From an uncultured bacterium (GTDB lineage: Bacteria; Desulfobacterota; Binatia; UBA1149; CAITLU01): a stretch of DNA of 64,000 nt. Below the pieces are notes generated by a model that saw only the letters and a program-made list of their open reading frames with translations, searched no databases and was not told where the DNA came from. Below are positions 1-12,926 of the stretch, one piece after another (the stretch's first letter is position 1; each line of letters begins with the position of its first letter). The stretch spans positions 155,026 to 219,025 of the forward strand of contig CAITLU010000013.1 in assembly GCA_903893315.1 (NCBI GenBank), given 5' to 3'. The position numbers were made by a program, and so were the translations under genes.

Positions 1-957
1 GACCTCTTCGTCTCGTACACGTCGCGCGAAGGCCAGGGCTCGTACTTCGACTGCCCGATGATCGTCAACGGCCGCGAAGTCGCTTCGCGCAAACGGTACA
101 TCACCGAAGAAACCACCGGCTACGCTATCGAATTCATAGAGCAGGTAGTCGCACGACCAGCCGCCGAGCGCCGGCCCTTCGTCGTCTACCTTTCGCATCG
201 TCCCGGACACCCGCCCTATCAAGCCCCAGCCGCCATCCACGGGATGTACGACAACATCGACGTGACCAAAGTGTTGCCGCCGAATGTCGATTCGTGGTGG
301 TTCGGTAAGACCGGCGGCAACGTCTTCCAAGGAACGGCGCTGGGCTCGTACTACGATCAGTACCGCGGTTATCTGGAAACACTCACGGCGATGGACCGCG
401 ACATCGGGCGGTTGCTCACCCGCATCGACGAACTCGGCCTCAGAGACAACACCGCCGTCGTCTACATGGCCGACAACGGCATGCAGTGGGGAACTCACGG
501 AATGCACGGCATCCGCGAACCCTACGAAGACAGCGCCAGGCTGCCGTTGATCGTGCGCGCCCCGTGGCTGGTGCCCGACCCTGGCGCACTCAGAGAGCAA
601 CTCGTCGTCAACATCGACATCGCCCCCACGTTTCTCGAAATGGCCGGCGCAGCGCCGCTCGCTCACGCCGACGGCGAGAGCCTGGTGCCGCTCCTGCGCG
701 ACGCGAAGGCCAAGAGCCGCACGGCCTTCTTGATGGAGTTCTGGCGCTACTTTCCCGAAAACACGCCGACCTACCGCGCCGTACGCACGAGCACCCACAA
801 GTACGTGGAGTTCGAGCGGGGCCGCTCTCCGTGGCTTTTCAACGTCGCCGAAGATCCAGGCGAGACGCACAACCTGTACGGAACGCCGCAGGGCAACATG
901 GTGTTGCCGGAGTTACGTGGGATGCTCGAACGGATGAAAGCGGGGAAACGGCCGTAG
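1..957 (+). CDS. Sulfatase (arylsulfatase family), 5'-truncated at the window edge
   Basis: The frame is open from nt 1 in phase with ORF 58..957. The C-terminal sulfatase signature is present: YMADNGMQWGTHGMHG, then ...LFNVAEDPGETHNLYG at the C-terminus. The stop is at 957. Confidence 0.8.
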   Translation, partial: DLFVSYTSREGQGSYFDCPMIVNGREVASRKRYITEETTGYAIEFIEQVVARPAAERRPFVVYLSHRPGHPPYQAPAAIHGMYDNIDVTKVLPPNVDSWWFGKTGGNVFQGTALGSYYDQYRGYLETLTAMDRDIGRLLTRIDELGLRDNTAVVYMADNGMQWGTHGMHGIREPYEDSARLPLIVRAPWLVPDPGALREQLVVNIDIAPTFLEMAGAAPLAHADGESLVPLLRDAKAKSRTAFLMEFWRYFPENTPTYRAVRTSTHKYVEFERGRSPWLFNVAEDPGETHNLYGTPQGNMVLPELRGMLERMKAGKRP

Positions 958-1466
958 GTCGAATAGCCTGGCAACACGGGATGGAATCCGATCCGGCGTT
1001 TTTTGGGTGGAGTCTCAGGCGCCATGATCTGCCGGATAGCGTCGAACACGACCTTGAACTGGCTGTCGTATCGCCGCTCCAACGCGAAGAGCTTTCGCGC
1101 CATTTCCTCTTGGGACAGCAACAGACGACGCAGGCGTACGAACTTTCGCACGATCTCAACGTTGACGGCTACCGCGCGGGCGCCTCGTAGGACACCGGAA
1201 AGCATGGCAACTCCCTGCTCCGTGAACGCGTAAAACGCAGTATGACGTCCGCCCCAACTTGAGATCACAATTTGTGATCTCGAGTTCGTAAACTCAGCGT
1301 CGACAAGCTGGAACATGAAGTCCGCCGGAAATCGTTCGGCGTTCCGCTTCACGGCCTGCACAAGTGCACCGGTCGTTACACCGTACAAGAGGGCGAGATC
1401 GTGATCGAGCATCACCTTCTCAGAGCGGATCAGGTAGATCACGTTCTCGATACGTTCGGACGGCAC
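771..1466 (-). CDS. ORF6N-domain protein (KilA-N/antirepressor-like DNA-binding family); 3' end uncertain
   Basis: The N-terminal 170 aa match the ORF6N family pattern: IYLIRSEKVMLDHDLALLYGV...FMFQL...SQIVISSWGGRHTAFYAFTEQGVAMLSGVLR...VEIVRKFVRLRRLL...KVVFDAIRQIMAP. The ORF runs to 771 and overlaps the sulfatase 3' end convergently by about 187 nt. The tail has odd composition. Confidence 0.6.
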   Translation of the reverse strand: MPSERIENVIYLIRSEKVMLDHDLALLYGVTTGALVQAVKRNAERFPADFMFQLVDAEFTNSRSQIVISSWGGRHTAFYAFTEQGVAMLSGVLRGARAVAVNVEIVRKFVRLRRLLLSQEEMARKLFALERRYDSQFKVVFDAIRQIMAPETPPKKRRIGFHPVLPGYSTYGRFPAFIRSSIPRNSGNTMLPCGVPYRLCVSPGSSATLKSHGERPRSNSTYLWVLVRTAR

Positions 1467-2128
1467 AACGCCTTTTGTCGACTTTCACATTCGCCGTATG
1501 ACGGGAGCCCCAGTTACGGCAACGGCAGCCATGTCATAACCCTGCACTCAATCGGCCGGCCGGCCAGCCGGTCAGGTGGATTTTGGCGACCGCGGCGGCC
1601 GCCGGTTACTTTCGTCGTTAGGCCGATTCCATTTTCCTGGAGCCGCGACCGGGAGGTCCTGCATGGACAGTGACCCAACCGTGTCACGACCTGTGTCTTC
1701 GGGATCAATCGTCGGTGGAATGGCAGGTGCCGGTACGGGTCGATGCTGGCCGCGGTATTCTCGGCGTATCAGGCGGCGCATCTACCGGGCCGTACTCTTC
1801 GATGCAGTGCTTTCGGTAATAGACGCGTTGCCTGCAATCGCAGACTTCGCCAAGAGCGCTTGGGAGGACGTCCTGGGCCCAGTCGCCAACCTCGTTGTTA
1901 TTGTTCCGATGATCTGGATTGGAGTCTCTTGGTGGCGAGTCGGATTGAGATGCCGCTAGTGGGATTTCGTGCAACGGCTGAACATTTCATTCGGAGCAGC
2001 TTCTTGTCACCTTGCGCGGCGCCGACCGTTTCCGCCTTGTATTCCCGGCTAAATGACCGACGTTACCGTTTCGACAGCGAACACCCCTGTCGTACTTTCG
2101 TGCTTTTGTGAATGCCTATGAAACCGGG

Positions 2129-2293
2129 TCAACTCCAAATCGCGTCGAACACGACTCTGATTCGGCGATCGTACCGGCGTTCCCGCACCATAAGTTTACG
2201 GCCGAGTTCCTCTTGGGAGAGCAGCAGACGACGCACTCGCACAAGCGCTCGCACGATTTCGATGTCGACAGCCACGGCACAACCGCTTCGTAG
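2129..2293 (-). pseudogene. Truncated, degenerate second copy of the ORF6N gene (central/C-terminal segment only)
   Basis: The translation AVAVDIEIVRALVRVRRLLLSQEELGRKLMVRERRYDRRIRVVFDAIWS parallels residues about 95-150 of the intact copy. The DNA at 2138..2293 aligns with 1035..1190. Confidence 0.5.
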
Positions 2294-2361
2294 AACGCTC
2301 GAGGCATCGGTCCATGACCTGTTCGACGAAGCCGCACGGCGGGCATCGCCGCAACCTTCTC

Positions 2362-5184
<2,823 letters not shown>

Positions 5185-5203
5185 GGGGCAGACCGGAGGT
5201 TTA

Positions 5204-6577
5204 TCAGACGCTCGCGCACTGCTCGCGCAGCCGCGCCAGTTCGGTCTCGACGATGTTCCGGTACTCCGCCAGCGCGCTCTCGTCGCTGGCTTCGAAACGC
5301 AGCACCAGGATCGGCTGGGTATTGGACGCGCGGATCAAGCCCCAGCCTTTCTCGAACAGGACGCGCACGCCGTCGACGTCGATGATCTGGTAGCCGAGGT
5401 CACGAAAGCGCTGCTGGGCCGCGGCGGCGACCTTGAACTTGAGTTCATCGGGACAGTCGACACGAATTTCGGGGGTAAACACCGCCGGCGGAAGGTCGGC
5501 GAGAATCTCGGCCACGCGCTTGCCGCCGCGTGCCAGCACTTCGATCATGCGCGCGCCGGCGTAGATCCCGTCGTCGAAACCGTAATAGCGATCGGCAAAG
5601 AACAGATGCCCGCTCATCTCGCCGCCCAGCAGTGCGCCGGTCTCGCGCATCTTGGCCTTCAGCAGCGAGTGGCCCGCCTTCCACATGACGGCCGTGCCGC
5701 CGTGAGCCTCGATGTCGTCGTAGAGCCGCTGCGAGCATTTCACTTCTGAAACCACGGTCGCACCGGGATGCTCGGCCAGAACATCGCGCGAGAACACCAC
5801 CAGCATCTCGTCGCCCCAGATCACGCGCCCGTTTTCGTCGATTACCCCTACGCGATCGGCGTCACCGTCGAACGCAACGCCGAGATCGGCGCCGACTTCA
5901 CGAACCTTGGCGATACACTCGGCGATGTTTTCCTCCACCGTCGGGTCGGGGTGATGATTGGGAAAGCTGCCGTCGGGCTCACTGAAAAGCTCTATGACCT
6001 CACAGCCCATCTCGCGGTAAACGTCCGGCGCCACCGGGCCTGCGGTGCCGTTGCCGGAGTCGACCACCACTTTCACGCCCTGTCCGCAGCGCCCGAAATG
6101 TTCGGCCATGAAGCCCTGATACGCCGGAATGATCGGGTAAGTTTCCTGGCCGCCTTCGCCGCTGCAAAACTCCCCCGCCTCGATGAGACGGCGCAGATCC
6201 TGGATCTCGTCGCCGTAGATCGTGGTCTTGCCGACGACGATCTTGAAGCCGTTGTGGTCGGGAGGATTGTGACTGCCGGTCACCTGAATGCCGGCACTCA
6301 GATCGAGGTGATGGACGGCGAAGTACAGCAGCGGAGTCGGGCACATGCCTACGTCGACCACGTCGATGCCGCTCTCGCGCAGCCCCGCCATCAGCGCGGC
6401 GTGATAGCCGGGACCGCTCAGACGGCAATCGCGACCGACGGCGGCGCGAGAAATACCCTGAGCCGACAGCTTGGTCCCGAAGGCGCGTCCGAGCAGGGCC
6501 GCGAATTCGACGTCGTAGTCCTGCTCTGCGATGCCGCGAATGTCGTACTCACGGAATATCTGCGGATTCATTTTCAT
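5204..6577 (-). CDS. Phosphomannomutase/phosphoglucomutase (alpha-D-phosphohexomutase family)
   Basis: The active-site TGSHNPPDHNGFK is present, with the metal-binding DGDADR motif and the GGEMSGH motif. Confidence 0.9.
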   Translation of the reverse strand: MKMNPQIFREYDIRGIAEQDYDVEFAALLGRAFGTKLSAQGISRAAVGRDCRLSGPGYHAALMAGLRESGIDVVDVGMCPTPLLYFAVHHLDLSAGIQVTGSHNPPDHNGFKIVVGKTTIYGDEIQDLRRLIEAGEFCSGEGGQETYPIIPAYQGFMAEHFGRCGQGVKVVVDSGNGTAGPVAPDVYREMGCEVIELFSEPDGSFPNHHPDPTVEENIAECIAKVREVGADLGVAFDGDADRVGVIDENGRVIWGDEMLVVFSRDVLAEHPGATVVSEVKCSQRLYDDIEAHGGTAVMWKAGHSLLKAKMRETGALLGGEMSGHLFFADRYYGFDDGIYAGARMIEVLARGGKRVAEILADLPPAVFTPEIRVDCPDELKFKVAAAAQQRFRDLGYQIIDVDGVRVLFEKGWGLIRASNTQPILVLRFEASDESALAEYRNIVETELARLREQCASV

Positions 6578-6595
6578 GTTTTGCTCAACGCTCGT

Positions 6596-7573
6596 TCAGG
6601 AGGCCTTGGCGACTCGTGCGGAAGCCGTGCGGCTCATGCTCGCGGCCAGCAGGATGGCCGCTTCCATGCTGTCGGCGCTGGCGCGTCCGCTGCCCGCCAG
6701 ATCGTAGGCGGTGCCGTGGTCGGGCGACGTACGCAGAAACGGGAGCCCCATCGAAACATTCACTGCGTGGCGGAAATCGACCAGCTTCAGCGGTATCAAA
6801 GCCTGGTCGTGATACATGCAGAGCGCGGCATCGTAATCGCCGGCTACCACTGCCGCAAACATCGTGTCGGCAGGGAAAGGGCCTTTCGCGTCGATCCCGG
6901 CGCGGCGCAGACGTGCCACCGCTGGCGCTATCACGCGGCCTTCTTCGTCACCGAACAGGCCGCCTTCACCGGCGTGTGGATTCAAAGCCGCCACCGCCAG
7001 ACGCGGGCGTGCCAGGCCGTGATAGAGGCTGAGGTGTTCGGCAGTCACTCGACCGGCCGCGACGATGCGATCGACGCTGAGCAGACGCGGCACCTTGGCA
7101 ACGGCAACGTGGGTAGTCACCAGTACGACACGCAGGCGCGGCCCGGCGAGCATCATCGTTGCCGGACGGCCGGCCAGTTCGGACAGATACTCGGTGTGAC
7201 CGTCGTAGAGATGGCCGGCGCGATTCATCCACAGCTTGCTGAGCGGCGCCGTCGCCAACGCGTCGCATTCGCCCCGCGCAGTGGCCTGCGCCGCCGCTTC
7301 GAAATAGCGAAAAGCCGCTTCGCCGCAGCGTTTTGCCGCACGCGGCAGGGCGGCGTCGAGGCGCAACGCGGTGACCGCCTCGACCCTCTCGATGGCAGTG
7401 GGCGCAGCGGCTTTGATCTTGCGTATCCGGCGCGCGATCTCGAGCACGCCGAGGTCGCCGTAGACGAGCAGCCGACAGGCCCGTCTCACCTTCGCGCGCG
7501 CGGCAGCTTCGACGACGATTTCAGGCCCGATCCCGGCGGGGTCGCCGAGACTTACGGCAATCAGCGGCTTCAC
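6596..7573 (-). CDS. pdxA: 4-hydroxythreonine-4-phosphate dehydrogenase
   Basis: VKPLIAVSLGDPAGIGPEIV and NPHAGEGG motifs are present. The probable GTG start at 7573 overlaps the surA TGA (GTGA). The ORF-track N-terminal extension to 7648 is Arg-rich and probably spurious. Confidence 0.88.
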   Translation of the reverse strand: MKPLIAVSLGDPAGIGPEIVVEAAARAKVRRACRLLVYGDLGVLEIARRIRKIKAAAPTAIERVEAVTALRLDAALPRAAKRCGEAAFRYFEAAAQATARGECDALATAPLSKLWMNRAGHLYDGHTEYLSELAGRPATMMLAGPRLRVVLVTTHVAVAKVPRLLSVDRIVAAGRVTAEHLSLYHGLARPRLAVAALNPHAGEGGLFGDEEGRVIAPAVARLRRAGIDAKGPFPADTMFAAVVAGDYDAALCMYHDQALIPLKLVDFRHAVNVSMGLPFLRTSPDHGTAYDLAGSGRASADSMEAAILLAASMSRTASARVAKAS

Positions 7574-8655
7574 GATCCGGCAACGAGAGCGAGATCGTCG
7601 AGCAGCACTTCGACGCGGTGTTCCTTTCTCAGGTCGTCGTTGACCCACTTCTGGTAGCGCTCTTCGAGACGCGCATCGTAGAGTTTGTCGTGGATCTGCT
7701 GCGAGACTTCTTCGAGCGGGCGGCGTCCCTTCGAGTGAATTTTCAGAACCTTGACGACGTGCAGGCCGCCTCCGCCCTCGACCGGCTGCGAAACGTCGCC
7801 CGCGTCGAGTCCCTTGGCGGCGCGCTCGAAGTACTCAGCCATGGTGCCGCGCTCGAATTCACCGAGGCGCCCTTCGTCCGCGGCGGTGATTCCCTGCGAG
7901 TACTTGCGCGCCGCATCCGCAAAGTTTCGTTTCGCTTCGCGCACGACTTCCGTCGCCTGCGCACGCACGGCCGCGGCGGCTTCGGCATCGGCCGGAAGCG
8001 GCAGGAAGATGTCGGCGAGTTCGAGTCTTTCCGACTGCAAGAAGGCGGGATCGCTCTTCCAGGCTCTCTCCACCTCTTCCGGAGTTACGTTGACGCGGGA
8101 GCGGATCAGCATGTCGACCAGTGCGAGACGCTGAACCTCTTCACGCATGCGGTCGAAGTAGTCCGACCACTTCAGACCGGCGGACGCCAGAGCTTTTTCC
8201 ACCTGCTCGCGGGTCTGCCCTTCCTGCTGCAAGATCCCGTTGATGTAGTGCTCGACCATCTGGTCGTTTATGTGGACGCCGTTCTTCTCGAACTCGCCCA
8301 GCAGCAGACGCCGCTCGATCATGCCTTGCAGCAAGGCCTCGAAGTTGTCGCGCAGTTCGGGACGCAGGAACACCCTCGCCGTTTTCTGATACTCGCGAAG
8401 ATCGCGCAGCGTCAGCGGATCTCCGTCGACCACCGCAACCAGGCCGCCGAGAACCTTGGAATCTTCGCCGGCGGGTGCCTGTGCGGCAGGCGCCGCGACC
8501 ACCGGCGCAGCGGCCACGGGCGCGGCGGACTCTGACGCCATCTCCGCCGGCGCGTCGGCCTTGGCCGCGCAGCCTTGAACCACCGCCGCCAGCAGCGCCG
8601 CCGCAACCGCCACCTGACGGGCGACGACGAACGCCGGGGCCGAACAAGCGTTCAT
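7570..8655 (-). CDS. surA: SurA-like periplasmic chaperone/parvulin-type peptidyl-prolyl isomerase
   Basis: The signal peptide is MNACSAPAFVVARQVAVAAALLAAVVQGCA. A SurA N-terminal chaperone region and a parvulin domain are present. The gene sits in the conserved surA-pdxA linkage. Confidence 0.8.
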   Translation of the reverse strand: MNACSAPAFVVARQVAVAAALLAAVVQGCAAKADAPAEMASESAAPVAAAPVVAAPAAQAPAGEDSKVLGGLVAVVDGDPLTLRDLREYQKTARVFLRPELRDNFEALLQGMIERRLLLGEFEKNGVHINDQMVEHYINGILQQEGQTREQVEKALASAGLKWSDYFDRMREEVQRLALVDMLIRSRVNVTPEEVERAWKSDPAFLQSERLELADIFLPLPADAEAAAAVRAQATEVVREAKRNFADAARKYSQGITAADEGRLGEFERGTMAEYFERAAKGLDAGDVSQPVEGGGGLHVVKVLKIHSKGRRPLEEVSQQIHDKLYDARLEERYQKWVNDDLRKEHRVEVLLDDLALVAGS

Positions 8656-8668
8656 GCGCGGCTCACGC

Positions 8669-11600
8669 TCAGCCCCGCGCTCTTCGGAACGCTGTCGCGC
8701 CGCCGCGGCGCGCGCGGTCCTTGGCGTCTTGTCGACTCGGGTCATCATCTGATCGTCCTCCTTGGGGACCGGCGACGAGTCTGGCCAGCAGCTTCTCGAT
8801 CTCGTCGACCAAACCATTCCAATCCGGGGCGGCCGCCTGCATGGTCAGCACACCTTCGGGTCTTACTCGATAGCGCCTCGGCTGCTCGGTCGCCAACTGC
8901 AGAAGTTGCTGGCGGGAAACACCCGAGCGTTCGTCGAAGCGCAACGCCACCACGTTATCGCTGGCCTTGAGCGACACCACAAGGAGACGCTTGAGAGCGG
9001 GGCGCAAAGCCATGATGCGGACGAAGTTGGCGGCCTGACGCGGCAGCGGGCCGAAACGGTCCCGCAGCTCGTCGCGCAGACCGAGCAGGGCCTCGCCGTC
9101 AGGGGCGTTGGCCAGGCGTTTGTAGAGCAGCAAGCGCTCGCCGATGTCCTCGACGTACGAGCCGGGCAGGAAGGCCTCGGTGCCCAACTCGATCTCCGGC
9201 TCCACCTGGGCCAGGACCGCCCCGTCGCGCATCTCCTGAGTCGCCTCCTCCATCATGCGCAGGAACAGATCGAAGCCCACCGCCGCGATGTGGCCGGACT
9301 GGGCCTTGCCGAGCAGGTTGCCGGCCCCGCGGATTTCCAGATCGTGGGCCGCCAGCCGAAAGCCCGCGCCGAGGTCGTCGAGATCCTGCAACACCGCCAG
9401 ACGCTTGCGCGCGTCGTCGGTGATGCGCTCGCCCGGCACCAGCAGGTAGGCGTAGGCGCGCCGGTGCGAACGGCCGACGCGGCCGCGCATCTGGTAGAGC
9501 TGGGCCAAGCCGAAAGTGTCGGCGCGGTCGATCAGGATGGTGTTGGCGTTGGGGATGTCGAGACCCGACTCGATGATCGACGTACACACCAGCACGTCGA
9601 TCTTGTGGTCGAGGAACTCGACCATCACTTTTTCCAGTGCGCCTTCGTCCAGCTGTCCGTGCCCGACCCCGATGCGAGCGCCGCCGAGCAACTGGCCGAG
9701 GCGGCGCGCGGTTGCGTCGATCGAACTGACACGGTTGTGGACGAAGAAGACCTGCCCTCCGCGTCCCAGTTCGCGCTGCACCGCCTGAAGCACCAGGCCT
9801 TCGTCGTAACGCGCTACGTAGGTTCGGATCGACAGCCGATCCACCGGCGGTGTCTCGATCACGCTGAGGTCGCGCACCCCGCTGAGAGAAAGCTGCAAGG
9901 TGCGCGGGATCGGCGTCGCCGTCATCGTCAGCACGTCGACTTCGCGGCGCAGCGCCTTCATGTGCTCCTTGGCCTTGACGCCGAAGCGGTGCTCTTCGTC
10001 GATCACGATGAGGCCGAGGCGCGCAAAGCGCACGTCGGCCTGCAGCAGCCGGTGGGTTCCGACCACCACGTCCAGGGTTCCGTCGGCCAACCCGCGCACC
10101 ACCGCGGCGTTCTCGGCGTTGGTGGCAAAGCGCGACAGCACGCCCAGGCGCAGCGGGTAGCCTTCCAGCCGCGAGCGCAGCGTCTCGTAGTGCTGCTTGG
10201 CCAGCACCGTGGTCGGAACCAGGAAGGCCACCTGACGGCCCGCCATCGCCACCAGATAGGCCGCGCGAATGGCGACCTCGGTCTTGCCGTAACCGACGTC
10301 GCCGCACACCACCCGATCCATCGGTCTCTCGCGCGCCAGATCGGAAAGAATGTCGGCGATCGCGCCGAGTTGCCCTTCGGTTTCCTCGAACGGAAAGCGC
10401 GCCTCGAATTCCTCGAAATCGCTGCCTGGCGCGGCCCAGGCCGGGCGCGTGTGGACAGCGCGATAGGCCTCGAGGTCGAGCAGTTGGCGGGCCATCTCCA
10501 GGATCGAGTCGCGCGCGCGGCGCTTGGCCCTTTCCCACGAAGTTCCGCCGATCTTGTCGAGCGCGGGCTCGGCGCCGCCGGCACCGCTGTACTTCTCGAC
10601 CAAGTTGATGCGGTCGACCGGCAGGTAGTAGCGGTCACCGCCGGCGTACTCGATGTGCAGGAAGTCGCCTTCGGTGCCGCCCGCCTTCAGGTGACGCAGG
10701 CCATGATAGCGGCCGACTCCGTGATCGACGTGGACGACGTAATCTTCAGGCTTGAGTTCGGCCAGTGCCGACAGCATCCGTGAGCGCGCGGCCTTGCGGC
10801 GGCGCGGCCGCGAACGGCGCTCGCCGAACACCTCTTCGTCGCTGACGACGAGCAGGTGATCAGCCGGCAGGTTGAAGCCTTCGCGCAGGTGGCCCTCGAC
10901 CAGCCAGATCGCCTTCGGATCGGTCGGCGGCAACGGAGGCGGCGCCGCGAGCGCCTGCTCGCCGCCCGCCGCAGTCGCGGCCTTTTCGGCATCAGCCTGG
11001 GCTTTCGCCGCGGCCTTGCCCGCTGTCTTGGAAAGCAACGGCGGCGGCTCCCGGCGTTCCCCGCCCACCGCCCACGCAAACGATCTGGCGCGCCGCACGT
11101 TGTCGGCACCGGCCAGTCCCAGCATGTGCTCGATGCGACCGAGCTGGGTCGAATCCGACGCCATCATCACCACGCGGAAGCCATCGGCCCTGGCCGCGTC
11201 GAGCACCCGACGGACCGGCGCGAGGCCGCTCTCGGCTTTCTTCGCGCTGATGCGCACGCGCGCGGCCGCCAGTTCGGTATTGGTGCGAACCTCCACTCTC
11301 CACGAGCGGTGTCCGGCCTCACCCGCCGACTCGATTGCCTCGGTGGCGTCGAGTTCGACGCAGGGACGACGGCTCGTCAGTGCGCGCAGCTGCGAGCGCG
11401 AAAGGTACAGAAGCTCACGATCGGGAAAGAAACTTCCCGCCGCGGAGGCCGCTGCCGCGGCTTCACCCAGACGCACGTCGAGCGCATCGATGGCACTCTC
11501 GATCGCCGGTGGATCAACCGCCACCACCAGCGCACCCGCGTCGAGAAAATCCGCCAGCGAGCAGCGTTTGCCGTAGGCGTAGGGAGCCAGCAGTTCGACG

Positions 11601-12433
11601 CCGGGAAAGTGGACACCCGAAGCAAGGTACTCGTCCAGACGCCGGCGCTCGGAAGACGGCAGCAGCAGTTCCTCGCAACGCTCAGCGACCGTGCGCCGTA
11701 CATCAGCGGCAGCCATGCGCTCAAGCGCCACCGGCGCCGACGGCAGCACCACCAGATCCTCGCTCGGCTGGAAGGAACGCTGGTCGGAAGGATCGAAGAG
11801 TCGAATCGACTCGATGCTGTCTCCCGACAATTCCACTCTCAGCGGGTACTCGAAGCCCGGCGGCCACAGATCTACTATCCCGCCGCGCACTGCGACTTCG
11901 CCGGCTTCGTCGACAGTGGCCACCTTGCGATAGCCCACGCTCTCCAGACGCGGAACGAAGTCCTCCAGCAGCAGTTCGTCGCCCACCACGAAGTAGAGCG
12001 ACGAGGCGAGCAGCATCTCGCGCGGCATCGTCCACTGGGCCAGCGCTTCAACGGCGGCCACCACGATCGGCGCCTTGCTCTGGCAGAGACGGTGCAGCGC
12101 CGCGGTACGCGCCGCTTCGACCTCGGAAGACGGCGAGAGCATCTCCAACGGCGGCGCTTCACGCGCGGCGAACAGATGCACGCGTCTGGCCAGGAAACTG
12201 TCGTCGCCCGCCTCGCCGACAAAGGCTTGCAGTTCGACCACCATTTCCTCGGCCGCTTTCTCGTCGGCCACGACCACCAGGGCAGCGCGATCCTGGCCGT
12301 CGAGCAGGCGCGACAGAACGTAGGCCGGAGCGCCGCCGCCGAGACCCTGGAGACGCCAGAGCAGATTCGGAAAGTTTGCCAGCTCGGCGCGCAGCCCGGC
12401 TTGCAGTTCCTTGGTGGAGGGCGGCGGCGTCAA
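8669..12433 (-). CDS. mfd: Transcription-repair coupling factor
   Basis: The protein is 1254 aa. It has a UvrB-homology N-terminus, the RNAP-interaction region, superfamily-2 translocase motifs ([19 protein letters not shown]) and the TRG motif region. Confidence 0.95.
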   Translation of the reverse strand: MTPPPSTKELQAGLRAELANFPNLLWRLQGLGGGAPAYVLSRLLDGQDRAALVVVADEKAAEEMVVELQAFVGEAGDDSFLARRVHLFAAREAPPLEMLSPSSEVEAARTAALHRLCQSKAPIVVAAVEALAQWTMPREMLLASSLYFVVGDELLLEDFVPRLESVGYRKVATVDEAGEVAVRGGIVDLWPPGFEYPLRVELSGDSIESIRLFDPSDQRSFQPSEDLVVLPSAPVALERMAAADVRRTVAERCEELLLPSSERRRLDEYLASGVHFPGVELLAPYAYGKRCSLADFLDAGALVVAVDPPAIESAIDALDVRLGEAAAAASAAGSFFPDRELLYLSRSQLRALTSRRPCVELDATEAIESAGEAGHRSWRVEVRTNTELAAARVRISAKKAESGLAPVRRVLDAARADGFRVVMMASDSTQLGRIEHMLGLAGADNVRRARSFAWAVGGERREPPPLLSKTAGKAAAKAQADAEKAATAAGGEQALAAPPPLPPTDPKAIWLVEGHLREGFNLPADHLLVVSDEEVFGERRSRPRRRKAARSRMLSALAELKPEDYVVHVDHGVGRYHGLRHLKAGGTEGDFLHIEYAGGDRYYLPVDRINLVEKYSGAGGAEPALDKIGGTSWERAKRRARDSILEMARQLLDLEAYRAVHTRPAWAAPGSDFEEFEARFPFEETEGQLGAIADILSDLARERPMDRVVCGDVGYGKTEVAIRAAYLVAMAGRQVAFLVPTTVLAKQHYETLRSRLEGYPLRLGVLSRFATNAENAAVVRGLADGTLDVVVGTHRLLQADVRFARLGLIVIDEEHRFGVKAKEHMKALRREVDVLTMTATPIPRTLQLSLSGVRDLSVIETPPVDRLSIRTYVARYDEGLVLQAVQRELGRGGQVFFVHNRVSSIDATARRLGQLLGGARIGVGHGQLDEGALEKVMVEFLDHKIDVLVCTSIIESGLDIPNANTILIDRADTFGLAQLYQMRGRVGRSHRRAYAYLLVPGERITDDARKRLAVLQDLDDLGAGFRLAAHDLEIRGAGNLLGKAQSGHIAAVGFDLFLRMMEEATQEMRDGAVLAQVEPEIELGTEAFLPGSYVEDIGERLLLYKRLANAPDGEALLGLRDELRDRFGPLPRQAANFVRIMALRPALKRLLVVSLKASDNVVALRFDERSGVSRQQLLQLATEQPRRYRVRPEGVLTMQAAAPDWNGLVDEIEKLLARLVAGPQGGRSDDDPSRQDAKDRARRGGATAFRRARG

Positions 12434-12882
12434 GAGCGTTCGAGAACCGATACCAGTGCGCGCAGCCCGAGCAGGTAGCTGGTCGCCCCGAAGCCCATCA
12501 CTTGACCGACCGCCACATCGACGATCAGCGAACGGTGACGGAACTCTTCACGGCGGTGGATGTTGGAGAGGTGACACTCGACCACCGGTAGCGCGCAGGC
12601 GCTCACCGCGTCGCGAATCGCCACGCTGGTGTGGGTGTAGGCACCGGGGTTGATCAGGACTCCGCTGTTGCACGCGGCCGCCTGCTGGATGCGGGTGACT
12701 ATGTCGCCTTCGCCGTTGGACTGGTAAGTCTCCAGCGTCCAGCCGAGTTCGGCGGCCAACGCCGTCAGCGAAGCATCGATGTCGGCAAGCGTCGTGGTGC
12801 CGTAGATCTCAGGCTCGCGGCTGCCGAGCATGTTCAGGTTGGGCCCGTGAACGACGAGTATGGGTTTTCGTTTGCTGGTCAT
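12430..12882 (-). CDS. aroQ: Type II 3-dehydroquinate dehydratase
   Basis: The protein is 150 aa from [28 protein letters not shown]. It carries the AroQ signature. The upstream ORF extension is spurious. Confidence 0.9.
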   Translation of the reverse strand: MTSKRKPILVVHGPNLNMLGSREPEIYGTTTLADIDASLTALAAELGWTLETYQSNGEGDIVTRIQQAAACNSGVLINPGAYTHTSVAIRDAVSACALPVVECHLSNIHRREEFRHRSLIVDVAVGQVMGFGATSYLLGLRALVSVLERS

Positions 12883-12926
12883 CTGGCTTGGTCCTTCAGG
12901 GGTGTTCGGGTCGGCCGCGCGACCGC

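Noticed and set aside
5768-7657. A 629 aa plus-strand ORF spans the phosphomannomutase and pdxA genes.
   Set aside because: It is antisense to two strongly supported minus-strand genes. The translation is Arg/Ala/Gly-rich without motifs.
9099-12591. There are several long ORFs (234-540 aa) on both strands inside mfd (9099..10538-, 10856..12478+, 11335..12591+, 10003..10638-).
   Set aside because: They are extremely Arg/Pro/Gly/Ala-rich, low-complexity translations, typical of antisense or off-frame reading of high-GC coding DNA. They lie fully inside the well-supported mfd frame.
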